Origin: Malacoraja senta
Taxonomy: Eukaryota
Assembly: GCA_038087875.1 (NCBI GenBank)
Contig: JAXLNO010000575.1
Location: forward strand, 248,001 to 312,000
DNA: 64,000 nucleotides
Direction of reading: 5' to 3'
A program made the position numbers and the translations under genes. The notes below the pieces were generated by a model. The model searched no databases and was not told the origin of the DNA. It worked only from the letters and a program-made list of their open reading frames with translations. Below are positions 25,041-38,600 of this stretch, in pieces. The first letter of the stretch is position 1. Each line of letters begins with the position of its first letter.

Positions 25041-27185
25041 TATCAACTCGCCTACTTTATTTTCCAGGTGTCTACAAGACCAATTGAGTACTTTAAAATT
25101 CAAAATGAATTCAACATTAGTGTAGTATGTTGATGATTTATTAGTGGCCAGCAAAAACGAATCCAGTAATCGGCAAGATACTGCTCAACTACTAAGCCAT
25201 CTAGCTGATATGGGATATGTAGTCTCCCAGTCAAAAGTACTGATGGCCCTGGAGAAAATAAAATTTTTAGGGATTATAATTTCGGCCACCAAAAGAAGTC
25301 TTGAGAAAAGCAGACTTGAACCCATCTGCGAATTGCCAATTCCAAAAGAAGCCAAACAAATGAGGCAATGGCTTGGCATGGTCAATTATTGTAGACCTTG
25401 GATCCCTAACATAGTTCTGGAAACCAAGGAGCTAACATCCTATACCAGCAAGGAGGGTGCATTTAAATTAACAAAGAAAGCACAAGAGGCCTTTGAAAAC
25501 TTAAAAAGATCACTGATGCAAGCCCCGGCGTTGGGAAGACCATTATACGACCGACCAAATGCAATATATAATAGTTTACAATCAGCTGCTAATTTGACAC
25601 TCCAGCAGGAGATTGTAGTGTACAGCTCACATTTGGTATCAGCATTGTTGGGGCAGCTTCTAACCCAGCACTTAACAATGGCCCGCCAAAATAAGCATGA
25701 GGTCTATCTGTTGAACAATCCGAAACTGTAATTCAACCATTGTACATTGATTAACCCATCCTCTTTTCTTATTTCACCCCCAGAAGAGCAATCAGAAGCA
25801 GGACATGACTGTCTATTTGTCATAGAGGAGGAAACATCTGTAAGAGAGGACTTGAGGGACGCACCCATAGAGGACTCTGACGTCACATTATATGTGGACG
25901 GGAGCGCATCTATTGGACCGTGGGGTGAGAGATTGTCTGGGTATGCAATTGTTAATCAGAAAGCGGAAATTGTAGAAGCAGCTGCCTTTGAGTCACCTTA
26001 TTCAGCACAGCAAGCTGAATTATTTGATTTAATTCGGGCTTGTATTATTGGGGAAAATCTAAAAGTAAATATTTACACTGATTCTCAGTATGCATTTGGG
26101 GTGGTGCATGATTTTGGACAATTATGGAAAAAGAGAGGATTTCTAACTTCCGCAGGGACCCAAATCTCAAATAAACAATTGGTGACAGATTTGTTGAAGG
26201 CCTTAATGCTACCCAGACAAATTTCTGTTATGAAACGTAGCACCCACACTAGAGGACAGACTCCAATAGATACCAGGAATCGTAAGGCCGATTTAGTAGC
26301 TAAGAAAGTATCGTGGGAACATAAGATGGTGGTACCCAAAATGATGAGGCAGACTAAAAGTATAACTAACAAGTCCCCCTCAGAGAAACTGATGCCAACC
26401 ATCCAAGAAATTGTTCAATTACAGGAGGCTACTGACAGAAATAAGGAACGATGGAGAAAACCTGGGTGTGTACTGGATTGTATGACTGGATTGTGGACCA
26501 CTCCAGCAGGGCAGACCTGCATGACAGATTCTTTGGCAGTATGGGTTATAGAATGCATGCACAATGCAACCCATTGTGGTGCAAGGGCAGTAAGAGACAC
26601 TCTATTGGCTACTTGGTGGCATTCACGATGACAAACTTTAGCTCAGAAGGTGAGCAGTAACTGCTTGGTCTGCCAGAAATACAATCCAGGGAAAGGAATA
26701 GGATGTGAAGGTGGGAAACACACCATTGCCTATGGATTAACAGACTGCAGATGGATTATATCGAATTACAAAGGTGCCAGGGGTATAAATACATACTTAT
26801 CATAGTCGATGTATTCAGCCGGTGGATTGAAGCTTACCCAACCCTTGATAATAAAGTGGCTACTGTTGTCAAGGTGTTAATGAGAGAAATTGTCCCTAGA
26901 TTCGGTATCCCCATTCGACTTAGTTCAGATAACGGTCCACACTTTATTGGACAAATCAATAAAGAATTTTGTGAACAGCTGGGGATCCAGCAGCAATTAC
27001 ACTGTGCTTATCGACCACAGGCTGCTGGACTTGTAGAAAGGGCAAATCAGACCCTTAAAACTAAATTAGCCAAATTAAAGGTGGAGACTGGACTTGGTTG
27101 GATTCAATTACTCCCAATAGCCCTATTTCAGATGAGAGTCACGCGTGTAGGGAAATCGAGATTAAGCCCAGCTGAAATTGTTTAT

Positions 27186-27370
27186 CAATCAATCAATCAA
27201 GTTTTATTCATCACTTGCACATAAGTGCAAGTGAAATGAATTTGCCAGCAGCGGTACAATAAAAAAGAACACACAATACACAATAAAAAAAAAAAAATGT
27301 TAAACACAAACATCCACCACAGCATTCATCACTGTGGTGGAAGGCACAACATTTGGCCAGTCCTCCTCCA
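27186..27370 (-). mobile_element. Short non-LTR 3' fragment inserted in integrase
   Basis: TSD tttat, aataaa plus (ttga)n tail. Removing it restores SPAEIVYGTP. Confidence 0.75.
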
Positions 27371-28016
27371 TTTATGGTACACCCTTAAAAACACCTTGGA
27401 ACCAGACTGCGATGAAAATAATCAATTTCCACCATATGACTGCGGAGATGACCAACTATATTGTAGCATGGACCAGAGCCTTAAAGGATTCATATAGTAA
27501 AGTAAAAATGGCCCATAGCGAGATGCCTGTGTTAGAAATTCCCATTAAAAATAAAACCTGGAGACTATGTCCTTATAAAGAATTGGGGTAGGAAAGGATT
27601 GGAGGTTCGTTGGGAGGGACCTACCAAGTTCTTCTAATGACTCCAACAGCAGTGAAAGTGGATGGAAGGAATGCATGGGTACATCTCCATCACTGTAAAA
27701 GCATCAGTGAAAGCATGGATTGCTAACTTACTTCATCCCAGGTTCTCTTAGGAACTCTATACTCTATTATGGATCAAGCACAGATGAACTATTAAGATTG
27801 ATGGATGGGATTCACACCCACGAACACTCGGAAGGTGAAGATTCATCAGATGGGAATCATGAAGCCGCGCCCACGAAAACTCGGGAAGCTTGATGGAATT
27901 CTGAGAAAATACATCAGCATCGTTTTGTTAGAACATTTGTTAGAGTGAAGCAGTCGTCATTGTATTTAGGGTTATCATTAATGATGAGGGTTATCATAAA
28001 TGATAAAATGAGGGAA

Positions 28017-28794
28017 TGATAATATAGACCAAATTAAGACACCATAAAATGGAGGATCCCTGCATTTGTCAGAATTGCTTAACCTTTGTCCGTGGAAATT
28101 ACAGGCTGTGGATGGCGCTGACTAGTCTGAGCTTCAGATGGATAAGTAAGGATGGCAAAGGATCCAGGTGGTCTCGTCATTTTCCCTTAATTAATAAAAT
28201 GTATATAATCCCGGCAAACAAACCTAAATGCATTGATATGATTGGATCGCTGCAAAGGAATTGTAAATAATGTAAATAATGTTGCCAGACAGTTACCCTG
28301 CTGTTTGTTGATTGGCCAAAGTGTTAAGCCCTGGCAGGATTGTTTTGAGTTCCAGGGTAAATGTTGCATTATTCAAGTTAAATTAGCTTCCTTCCAGAAG
28401 CATCTCCAAAAAACAATGTATGTGAGACTCTGTAATTGGTTTGGGGAACTGTCAATAATGTATTGATGTAATGAATATGTTTGATTGGACTGTAAATTGA
28501 CCAACCCTATGTAGTTCGACCCCTCAAGGTTCATGGACCTATAAAGGCGGCTCCATCTTAGATCGGTCGATCTTCTGGAGGAATGCTTGGGACTGCGTGA
28601 CCTTTTGGAGTGTGTCTGCTTGCACGAGGCTGAAGGGCTTGGCCAGGCAGAGACAAGGATCGAACCCGTGGTGGTTTAGGTATCACATAGGGGAATTTGC
28701 TGTTCATTCTAAAAATAAAGTTTAGTTGTTCCAGTGCTTGAGTTTTTTTACTGAGCTAGACTAGGAGGGTAAGCTTTAGAAGAGCGTATTTACA
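28017..28794 (+). repeat. Putative 3' LTR (start uncertain); mirror 35688-36467
   Basis: Purine-rich aaaatgagggaa immediately before TG, inverted CCAAT boxes, TATAAA 28540-45, AATAAA 28714-19, ends TTTACA next to an unrelated repeat. No second LTR is available to confirm the boundaries. Confidence 0.7.
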
Positions 28795-29106
28795 ATTCCT
28801 TCTCTCCAGAGATCCTGCCTGACCTAGCGAGTTTCTCCAGCACTCTGTGAAACGTCACCAATCCATGTTCTCCACAGATGCTGCCTGACCCGCTGAGTTA
28901 CTCCAGCACTCTGTGAAACGTCACCTATCCATGTTCTCCACAGATGCTGCCTGACCCGCTGAGTTACTCCAGCACTCTGTGAAACGTCACCTATCCATGT
29001 TCTCCACAGATGCTGCCTGACCCGCTGAGTTACTCCAGCACTCTGTGAAACGTCACCTATCCATGTTCTCCACAGATGCTGCCTGACCCGCTGAGTTACT
29101 CCAGCA
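28795..29106 (+). repeat. 66-bp tandem repeat (~4.5 units; ~3 units at 7707-7920)
   Basis: Unit cactctgtgaaacgtcacctatccatgttctccacagatgctgcctgacccgctgagttactccag. Confidence 0.9.
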
Positions 29107-29299
29107 TCTTGTGTCTATCTTCGTCACCATAGATGCTGACTGGCGCATGTTTCCTGAACCACGTTTCCGGAAGTCCCTCTCCCTGGTCTTGTCATTGTAG
29201 ATGTGTGTCTGAATTTCCTTTCTCACACTTGCCTGTGATTCCCAGACTCCGAGTCCAGTGCCGGACTCTGGGAACCGTGTTCTTTGATCCACCTGGATA

Positions 29300-30180
29300 A
29301 CAGTTCAGTTTACTGTCCCGTGTACCGAGGTACAGTGAAAAGCTTTTGTTGCGTGCCAACCAGTCAGCGGAAAGACAATACATGATTACAATCGAGCCGT
29401 CCACAGTGTACAGATACAGGATAAAGGGAATAACGTTTAGTGCAAGGTAAAGCCAGCAAAGTCCGATCAAAGATAGTCCGAGGGTCTCCAATGAGGTAGA
29501 TGGGAGGTCCGGACCGCTCTCTAGTTGGTGAGAGGACGGTTCAGTTGACTGATAACAGCCGGGAAGAAACTGTCCCTGAATCTGGAGGTGTGCGTTTTCA
29601 CGCTTCTGTACCTCTTGCCCGATGGGAGAGGGGAGAAGAGGGAGTGACCGGGGGTGAGACTGGTCCTTGATTATGCTGCTGGCCTTGCCGAGGCAGCGTG
29701 AGGTGTAGATGGAGTCGATGGAAGGGAGGTTGGTTTGTGTGATGGTCTGGGCTGCTGGCCTTGCCGAGGCAGCATGAGGTGTAGATGGAGGCGATGGAAG
29801 GGAGGTTGGTTTGTGTGACGGTCTGGGCTGTGTCCACAATTCTCTGCGATTTTTTGCTGGTCTTGGATGGAGCTGTTCCCAAACCGTGCTGTGATGCATC
29901 CCGATTAAATGCTCTCTACGGCGCATCTGTAGAAGTTGGTGCGAGTTGTTGGGGACATGCTGAACTTCCTCATCCTTCTAAAGAAGTAGAGGCGTTGGTG
30001 AGCGTTCTTGGTCGTTGCTTCAGTACGGGTGGTCAGTGGAAGTTGTTGGTGATATTGACTGCTAGGAACTTGAAGTTTTCGACTTTGGCGCCGTCAATGC
30101 AAGTGTACCGTTAGTGTGTGTAACGTTTCACTTCCTGATGTCCATCACTATCTCCTTTGTCTTGCTGGTGTTGCGAGAAA
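29300..30180 (-). mobile_element. Rex1-type LINE 3' fragments; the arm/spacer boundary falls inside this
   Basis: TNLPSIDSIYTSRCL.KA..IIKD.SHP and RFRDSFFPAVI C-terminal motifs. Confidence 0.7.
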
Positions 30181-30575
30181 GGTGTTGAGTTCTGAAGAAG
30201 GTTCTCGACCCGAAACATCACCAATTGCTTCTCTCCAGACCTGACTGACCCGCTGAGTTACTTTGTGTCTATCTTTGAGGAAATGGTTGTTGTCCCGACA
30301 CCAGGACGCAAGGTTCTCGATCTCCTTCCCGTACTCCATCCCATCGCTCCGAAACTCCCGGCGTTCCCAATGTGTGCTGTCCGGAGCCGGGAGCAGCTTC
30401 TCTCAGCGTCACTGGCTGCTCCCATTGGAATATCTGCCGCCTGACCATGGGAGTTGGGAGTGGGATACCCGGTTCAGGAATCCCTCCGGAAGACTGTGGA
30501 CCAGTGGGGGCCGGTTTTCCAGGATTGGTTTTGCCGGGCAGAGGCTGGGAATGGGAATGGGACGGGAGAAGGGGG

Positions 30576-30681
30576 TCATAACCGCCTGCTTCTGCCGAGG
30601 GGCTGCCATCGTGGGGTGGTGTCGGGGGGTTGGGGAGGTGAGTCCAGTCGTGCCGATCTCTGCCACACCTCGTCCTTCTCC
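30576..30681 (-). CDS. RUFY4-like: RUFY4/FYCO1-like gene, last coding exon
   Basis: caccAG acceptor in phase 2 gives LIR|EKDEVWQRS...LGRSRRL*. This matches the L(L/I)R(D/E)KDxLWQ motif that precedes the FYVE region in FYCO1/RUFY4. RUFY4 neighbours CXCR1/2 in mammals. Confidence 0.7.
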
Positions 30682-30714
30682 CTGGTGGCACGACAGTAGT
30701 GTCAGAACGGAAAA

Positions 30715-31878
30715 CACACGGCAGCACGCCTCGCACACCCACCACACCGGCGTGTACACTCGTCGCACACTCGCCACACCCGCTTGCACACTCGTCGCAC
30801 ACTCGCCACACTGGCTTGCACACTTGCCGTACACTCACCACACGGGATTGCTCACTCGCCGCACACTCACCACGCAGACGTGCACACTCGTCGCACACTC
30901 ACCATACATGCGTGCACACTCATCGCACATTCACCACGTCGACTTGCACACTCGCCCACCGGCCTCCACTCGAAGCACACTTGCCGCATATGCTTGCACG
31001 CTCATCACACTCGCTGCACATGCTTGCGCACTTGTCACACACTCACCACACGCTCACTGTAATGCCTTGCACACTCACCACACCCATTGCACACTCAATG
31101 CAACCTAACAGCATGGCTCGCACACTTACCACACACTTATCATAAACTCACTGCGCGTGTCCTGCACACTCGCTGGTCATGCCTCGCACACTCACAACAA
31201 TTTTTACACGCTCACCACACCCGCAACGCACACCCATTGCCCACCAAACTGCACACCCACTACACAGTCACTGTGCACACTTTGCACATTCACACCTCAC
31301 ACCCAACTCACACTTCTTGCACAATTGTTGCTCACACTTTGCCCGCTCACTGCACGCCCTCGCCACACGTCTCACGCACTCATCACGCGCATTGCGCATG
31401 CACTTTACACATCTTGCACACTTGCCCATCCCCACCCTCACAGTCTCCCCCTCCCCCTCACCCCCACCCTCTCCCCACCTTCTCCCCCTCCCCCTCACTC
31501 CCACCCTCTCCCCTCACCCCCACCTTCTCCCCCACCACCACCCCCTCCCCACCCTCTCCCCCACCCTCACCCCCTCCCCCACCATCTCCCCCACCCTCAT
31601 CCCTCCCCCACCCTCTCCCACACCCTCTCTCCGCCACCCTCTCCCCACCCCCTCAACCCTCCCCCACCCTCTCCCCCACCTTCTCTCCCCACCCTCTCCC
31701 CCACCCTCACCCCCTCCCCCACCCTCTCCCCCACCCTATCTCTCCCACCCTCACCCTCTCCCCCACCCTCTCTCCCCCACCCCTCTCCCCACCCCCTCTC
31801 CCCCACCCCCTCTCCCTCACCCCCTCTCCCCCACCCTCTCCCCCACCCTCTCTCCCACCCTCTAACCCCCACCCTCAC
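30715..31878. repeat. Degenerate CAC-rich repeat followed by a C-rich (ccccaccctct)n tract
   Basis: Read directly; intronic. Confidence 0.9.
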
Positions 31879-32013
31879 CTGATCAGCTGCACGGTCCTCT
31901 CCTTCAGTGATGCCACCATGTCCTGCAGCTCCCGTCTCTCCTCCTCCCCCCGCTCCACATCCGCACTCGCCCGTCTCAGGTCCTCTCTCAGCGCCTGCTC
32001 CACCTCGCCCGCT
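31879..32013 (-). CDS. RUFY4-like: RUFY4/FYCO1-like gene, 135-bp exon
   Basis: ctaac branch site, ttccAG acceptor and GTGAGG donor, phase 2 to 2; encodes the coiled coil [14 protein letters not shown]...[17 protein letters not shown](R). Confidence 0.78.
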
Positions 32014-32032
32014 CTGGAACACACACAGCGAG

Positions 32033-32952
<920 letters not shown>

Positions 32953-32977
32953 GGGGGGGGGGGCGTGAGTCACTCAC

Positions 32978-33075
32978 CGTGCCAGAGCCGTGGTCAGTGC
33001 CAGTAACTCCGTATCCTGGTTCTCCGGCCACTGATCCCGACCTCCGACCTCCGACCCCTGGGAATAGCCGGGTGC
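32978..33075 (-). CDS. RUFY4-like: RUFY4/FYCO1-like gene, 98-bp exon
   Basis: ttctccccAG acceptor and GTGAGT donor, phase 0 to 2; encodes APGYSQGSEVGGRDQWPENQDTELLALTTALA(R). Confidence 0.7.
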
Positions 33076-33526
33076 CTGGGGAGAAACGGAACAGGGAGGA
33101 GGTCACGGGGGGAGGTAGGATGTAGGATGAAGTCGGGCATAGCCACGGAATTAAAGGACGTTCCTTTAGAAAGGAGATGAGGAGGAATTTGTTTAGCCAG
33201 AGGGTGGTGAATCTGTGGGATTCTTTGCCACAGACGGCTGTGGAGGCCACAAGTCAGTGGATATTTTTAAGCAGAGATAGATAGATTCTTGATTAGTGCG
33301 GGTGTCAGGGTTTATGGGGAGAAGGCAGGAGAATAGGGTTAGGAGAGATAGATCAGCCGTGATTGAATGGCAGACTCGATGGGCCGAATGGCCTAATTCT
33401 GCTCCTATCACATGTATATTCAACTGTGGGTGTGTCACCTTGGAAACCCGTCCCGTTCTCCCCACCCTCCCGCTCCCCCCAGACCTTAGTGTTGAGAGGG
33501 GCTCACTAATGATCATTGTCCCTCAG

Positions 33527-33850
33527 TGGGCGGCATGGTGGTGCAGCGGGTAGAGCTGCTGCCTCACAGTGCCAGAGGCCCGGGTTCGATCCTGACTACG
33601 GGTGCTGTCTGTACGGAGTTTGCACATTCTCCCTGTGACCTGCGTGGGGTTTTCTCCGGGTGCTCCGGTTTCCTCCCACACTCCAAAGACGTGCAGGGTT
33701 TGTAGGTTAATTGGCTTTGGTGTAAATGTAAATTGTCCCTAGTGTGTGTAGGATAGTGTTAGTGTGCGGGGATCGCTGGTCGGCACGGACTCGGTGGGCC
33801 GAAGGGCCTGTTTCCGCACTGTATCTCCAAACTAAACTAAACTAAACTAA
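33527..33850 (+). mobile_element. tRNA-derived V-SINE (HE1-like)
   Basis: A box tggtgcagcggg, B box ggttcgatcc, V-domain-like gggtgctgtctgtacggagtttgcac, (actaa)n tail. A partial copy lies at ~8328-8535. Confidence 0.8.
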
Positions 33851-34265
33851 AGTAAAATAAACACTTCAACCAGCTGGGCGGGGGGTGGAGGGGCGGAGGG
33901 TATAGGGGGGAGGGGGGGGGCTATATCCCGCTCTACACTATATAGGGGTAAGCATTTAGAACGGAGAAGAGGAAACAGAGACTAGTGAGTCTGTGGAATT
34001 CTCTGCCTCCGAGGGCGGTGGAGGCCGGTTCTCTGGATACTTTCAAGAGAGAGCTAGATAGGGCTCCTAAAGATAGCGGAGTCAGGGGATATGGGGAGAA
34101 GGCAGGAACGGGGTACTGATTGGGGATGATCAGCCATGATCACATTGAATGGTGGTGCTGGCTCGAAGGGCCGAATGGCCTACTCCTGCACCTATTGTCT
34201 ATTGTCTATTTCCGTACAGGTATTGCGATGGGCCATGCATTAGTGCATGCGGCTGCTGTGCTTAC

Positions 34266-34658
34266 GTGGGGCGCAGTTGCAGTCTCCTCCTGCACGCTGC
34301 ACGGCTGCTGCTGCTGCATGCCCGCTTCCAATCCTTCTCCTGCACCGCCCGCGGTTGCTGGTCCGCGCTCGCAGCCTCTTGCCCGCGGGGCAGTGGCATT
34401 GGTGGGGCCCACGCTCCCCGCGGGCGTCCCCTTGCCCGCTCCCTCCCTCTCGCTCTGCTCCTTGCCGCCGCCCACTGCCACACTCCATCGCAGGAATTGC
34501 TCCTCCAGACTAGAGACCTTGGTCTCCAGGACCTCCCTCTGTTCCTCCAGCTTCTGCCTCTCAGCCTCGAGGCTCTCAACTTGCTCCTCCAGCCTTTGAA
34601 CCCTCTGGCCATTTCCCACCATCTCCTCCATCTGCTCCTTGACCCGAGAAGATCCGTC
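34266..34658 (-). CDS. RUFY4-like: RUFY4/FYCO1-like gene, large coiled-coil exon (5' end lost in the gap)
   Basis: Open frame RVQRLEEQVESLEAERQKLEEQREVLETKVSSLEEQ...ATAPH ending at a phase-0 GTAAGC donor. Confidence 0.7.
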
Positions 34659-34858
34659 NNNNNNNNNNNNNNNNNNNNNNNNNNNNNNNNNNNNNNNNNN
34701 NNNNNNNNNNNNNNNNNNNNNNNNNNNNNNNNNNNNNNNNNNNNNNNNNNNNNNNNNNNNNNNNNNNNNNNNNNNNNNNNNNNNNNNNNNNNNNNNNNNN
34801 NNNNNNNNNNNNNNNNNNNNNNNNNNNNNNNNNNNNNNNNNNNNNNNNNNNNNNNNNN
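34659..34858. other. Assembly gap (200 N)
   Basis: Run of Ns of round length, typical of a scaffolding join of unknown true size. Confidence 0.99.
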
Positions 34859-35687
34859 ATCGGGCAAGAGGTACAGAAGCGTGAAAACGCACACCTCCAG
34901 ATTCAGGGACAGTTTCTTCCCGGCTGTTATCAGTCAACTGAACCGTCCTCTCACCAACTAGAGAGCGGTCCGGACCTCCCATCTACCTCATTGGAGACCC
35001 TCGGACTATCTTTGATCGGACTTTGCTGGCTTTACCTTGCACTAAACGTTATTCCCTTTATCCTGTATCTGTACACTGTGGACGGCTCGATTGTAATCAT
35101 GTATTGTCTTTCCGCTGACTGGTTGGCACGCAACAAAAGCTTTTCACTGTACCTCGGTACACGGGACAGTAAACTGAACTGTTATCCAGGTGGATCAAAG
35201 AACACGGTTCCCAGAGTCCGGCACTGGACTCGGAGTCTGGGAATCACAGGCAAGTGTGAGAAAGGAAATTCAGACACACATCTACAATGACAAGACCAGG
35301 GAGAGGGACTTCCGGAAACGTGGTTCAGGAAACATGCGCCAGTCAGCATCTATGGTGACGAAGATAGACACAAGATGCTGGAGTAACTCAGCGGGTCAGG
35401 CAGCATCTGTGGAGAACATGGATAGGTGACGTTTCACAGAGTGCTGGAGTAACTCAGCGGGTCAGGCAGCATCTGTGGAGAACATGGATAGGTGACGTTT
35501 CACAGAGTGCTGGAGTAACTCAGCGGGTCAGGCAGCATCTGTGGAGAACATGGATAGGTGACGTTTCACAGAGTGCTGGAGTAACTCAGCGGGTCAGGCA
35601 GCATCTGTGGAGAACATGGATTGGTGACGTTTCACAGAGTGCTGGAGAAACTCGCTAGGTCAGGCAGGATCTCTGGAGAGAAGGAAT

Positions 35688-38600
35688 TGTAAATACGCTC
35701 TTCTAAAGCTTACCCTCCTAGTCTAGCTCAGTAAAAAAACTCAAGCACTGGAACAACTAAACTTTATTTTTAGAATGAACAGCAAATTCCCCTATGTGAT
35801 ACCTAAACCACCACGGGTTCGATCCTTGTCTCTGCCTGGCCAAGCCCTTCAGCCTCGTGCAAGCAGACACACTCCAAAAGGTCACGCAGTCCCAAGCATT
35901 CCTCCAGAAGATCGACCGATCTAAGATGGAGCCGCCTTTATAGGTCCATGAACCTTGAGGGGTCGAACTACATAGGGTTGGTCAATTTACAGTCCAATCA
36001 AACATATTCATTACATCAATACATTATTGACAGTTCCCCAAACCAATTACAGAGTCTCACATACATTGTTTTTTGGAGATGCTTCTGGAAGGAAGCTAAT
36101 TTAACTTGAATAATGCAACATTTACCCTGGAACTCAAAACAATCCTGCCAGGGCTTAACACTTTGGCCAATCAACAAACAGCAGGGTAACTGTCTGGCAA
36201 CATTATTTACATTATTTACAATTCCTTTGCAGCGATCCAATCATATCAATGCATTTAGGTTTGTTTGCCGGGATTATATACATTTTATTAATTAAGGGAA
36301 AATGACGAGACCACCTGGATCCTTTGCCATCCTTACTTATCCATCTGAAGCTCAGACTAGTCAGCGCCATCCACAGCCTGTAAATTTCCACGGACAAAGG
36401 TTAAGCAATTCTGACAAATGCAGGGATCCTCCATTTTATGGTGTCTTTAATTTGGTCTATATTATCATTCCCTCATTTTATCATTTATGATAACCCTCAT
36501 CATTAATGATAACCCCTAAATACAATGACGACTGCTTCACTCTAACAAATGTTCTAACAAAACGATGCTGATGTATTTTCTCAGAATTCCATCAAGCTTC
36601 CCGAGTTTTCGTGGGCGCGGCTTCATGATTCCCATCTGATGAATCTTCACCTTCCGAGTATTCGTGGGTGTGAATCCCATCCATCAATCTTAATAGTTCA
36701 TCTGTGCTTGATCCATAATAGAGTATAGAGTTCCTAAGAGAACCTGGGATGAAGTAAGTTAGCAATCCATGCTTTCACTGATGCTTTTACAGTGATGGAG
36801 ATGTACCCATGCATTCCTTCCATCCACTTTCACTGCTGTTGGAGTCATTAGAAGAACTTGGTAGGTCCCTCCCAACGAACCTCCAATCCTTTCCTACCCC
36901 AATTCTTTATAAGGACATAGTCTCCAGGTTTTATTTTAATGGGAATTTCTAACACAGGCATCTCGCTATGGGCCATTTTTACTTTACTATATGAATCCTT
37001 TAAGGCTCTGGTCCATGCTACAATATAGTTGGTCATCTCCGCAGTCATATGGTGGAAATTGATTATTTTCATCGCAGTCTGGTTCCAAGGTGTTTTTTAA
37101 GGGTGTACCATAAATGGAGGAGGACTGGCCAAATGTTGTGCCTTCCACCACAGTGATGAATGCTGTGGTGGATGTTTGTGTTTAACATTTTTTTTTTTTT
37201 ATTGTGTATTGTGTGTTCTTTTTTATTGTACCGCTGCTGGCAAATTCATTTCACTTGCACTTATGTGCAAGTGATGAATAAAACTTGATTGATTGATTGA
37301 TAAACAATTTCAGCTGGGCTTAATCTCGATTTCCCTACACGCGTGACTCTCATCTGAAATAGGGCTATTGGGAGTAATTGAATCCAACCAAGTCCAGTCT
37401 CCACCTTTAATTTGGCTAATTTAGTTTTAAGGGTCTGATTTGCCCTTTCTACAAGTCCAGCAGCCTGTGGTCGATAAGCACAGTGTAATTGCTGCTGGAT
37501 CCCCAGCTGTTCACAAAATTCTTTATTGATTTGTCCAATAAAGTGTGGACCGTTATCTGAACTAAGTCGAATGGGGATACCGAATCTAGGGACAATTTCT
37601 CTCATTAACACCTTGACAACAGTAGCCACTTTATTATCAAGGGTTGGGTAAGCTTCAATCCACCGGCTGAATACATCGACTATGATAAGTATGTATTTAT
37701 ACCCCTGGCACCTTTGTAATTCGATATAATCCATCTGCAGTCTGTTAATCCATAGGCAATGGTGTGTTTCCCACCTTCACATCCTATTCCTTTCCCTGGA
37801 TTGTATTTCTGGCAGACCAAGCAGTTACTGCTCACCTTCTGAGCTAAAGTTTGTCATCGTGAATGCCACCAAGTAGCCAATAGAGTGTCTCTTACTGCCC
37901 TTGCACCACAATGGGTTGCATTGTGCATGCATTCTATAACCCATACTGCCAAAGAATCTGTCATGCAGGTCTGCCCTGCTGGAGTGGTCCACAATCCAGT
38001 CATACAATCCAGTACACACCCAGGTTTTCTCCATCGTTCCTTATTTCTGTCAGTAGCCTCCTGTAATTGAACAATTTCTTGGATGGTTGGCATCAGTTTC
38101 TCTGAGGGGGACTTGTTAGTTATACTTTTAGTCTGCCTCATCATTTTGGGTACCACCATCTTATGTTCCCACGATACTTTCTTAGCTACTAAATCGGCCT
38201 TACGATTCCTGGTATCTATTGGAGTCTGTCCTCTAGTGTGGGTGCTACGTTTCATAACAGAAATTTGTCTGGGTAGCATTAAGGCCTTCAACAAATCTGT
38301 CACCAATTGTTTATTTGAGATTTGGGTCCCTGCGGAAGTTAGAAATCCTCTCTTTTTCCATAATTGTCCAAAATCATGCACCACCCCAAATGCATACTGA
38401 GAATCAGTGTAAATATTTACTTTTAGATTTTCCCCAATAATACAAGCCCGAATTAAATCAAATAATTCAGCTTGCTGTGCTGAATAAGGTGACTCAAAGG
38501 CAGCTGCTTCTACAATTTCCGCTTTCTGATTAACAATTGCATACCCAGACAATCTCTCACCCCACGGTCCAATAGATGCGCTCCCGTCCACATATAATGT

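Larger units (their letters stand above)
23491..27710 (+). pseudogene. pol: ERV pro-pol (PR, 2H-like domain, RT, RNase H, IN), disrupted; mirror ~36775-40994 (-)
   Basis: FLVDTG (~23578), YVDD (25126-25137, preceded by TAG), LYVDGS, YTDSQY, SDNGPHF, GLVERAN and a WEGPY-like C-terminus. Interrupted by two LINE fragments. Confidence 0.92.
19298..28794 (+). mobile_element. Decayed class I (gamma/epsilon-like) endogenous retrovirus: leader-gag-pro-pol-3'LTR, no env, no 5' LTR
   Basis: Gag MGN start and WPEGG, CCHC knuckle, protease LVDTG, RT QYPL/LPQG/YVDD, RNase H DGS/AEL/YTDS, integrase D-D-E and GPY region, then an LTR-like segment. Confidence 0.93.
339..29623 (+). repeat. Left arm of ~29 kb inverted duplication (probably extends beyond the window)
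   Basis: Nearly every ORF has a reverse-strand twin (e.g. 23545..24495+ / 39990..40940-; 418..642+ / 63697..63921-). The sequence at 34859 is the reverse complement of ...cctcttgcccgat ending at 29623. Confidence 0.97.

Noticed and set aside
28049..28466. Small ORFs as env remnants or accessory genes
   Set aside because: Short, inside the putative U3, no signal peptide/TM/ISD motifs, and one differs by a frameshift between arms.
28795..29106. Possible CRISPR array next to the LTR
   Set aside because: Head-to-tail 66-bp units with no variable spacers.
30263..31108. 281-aa plus-strand ORF
   Set aside because: Overlaps the RUFY4-like last exon/3' UTR in antisense and a degenerate CAC repeat; no domain signal.
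33527..33600. tRNA gene
   Set aside because: The A/B boxes continue into a V-SINE body and tail, so this is a SINE head.
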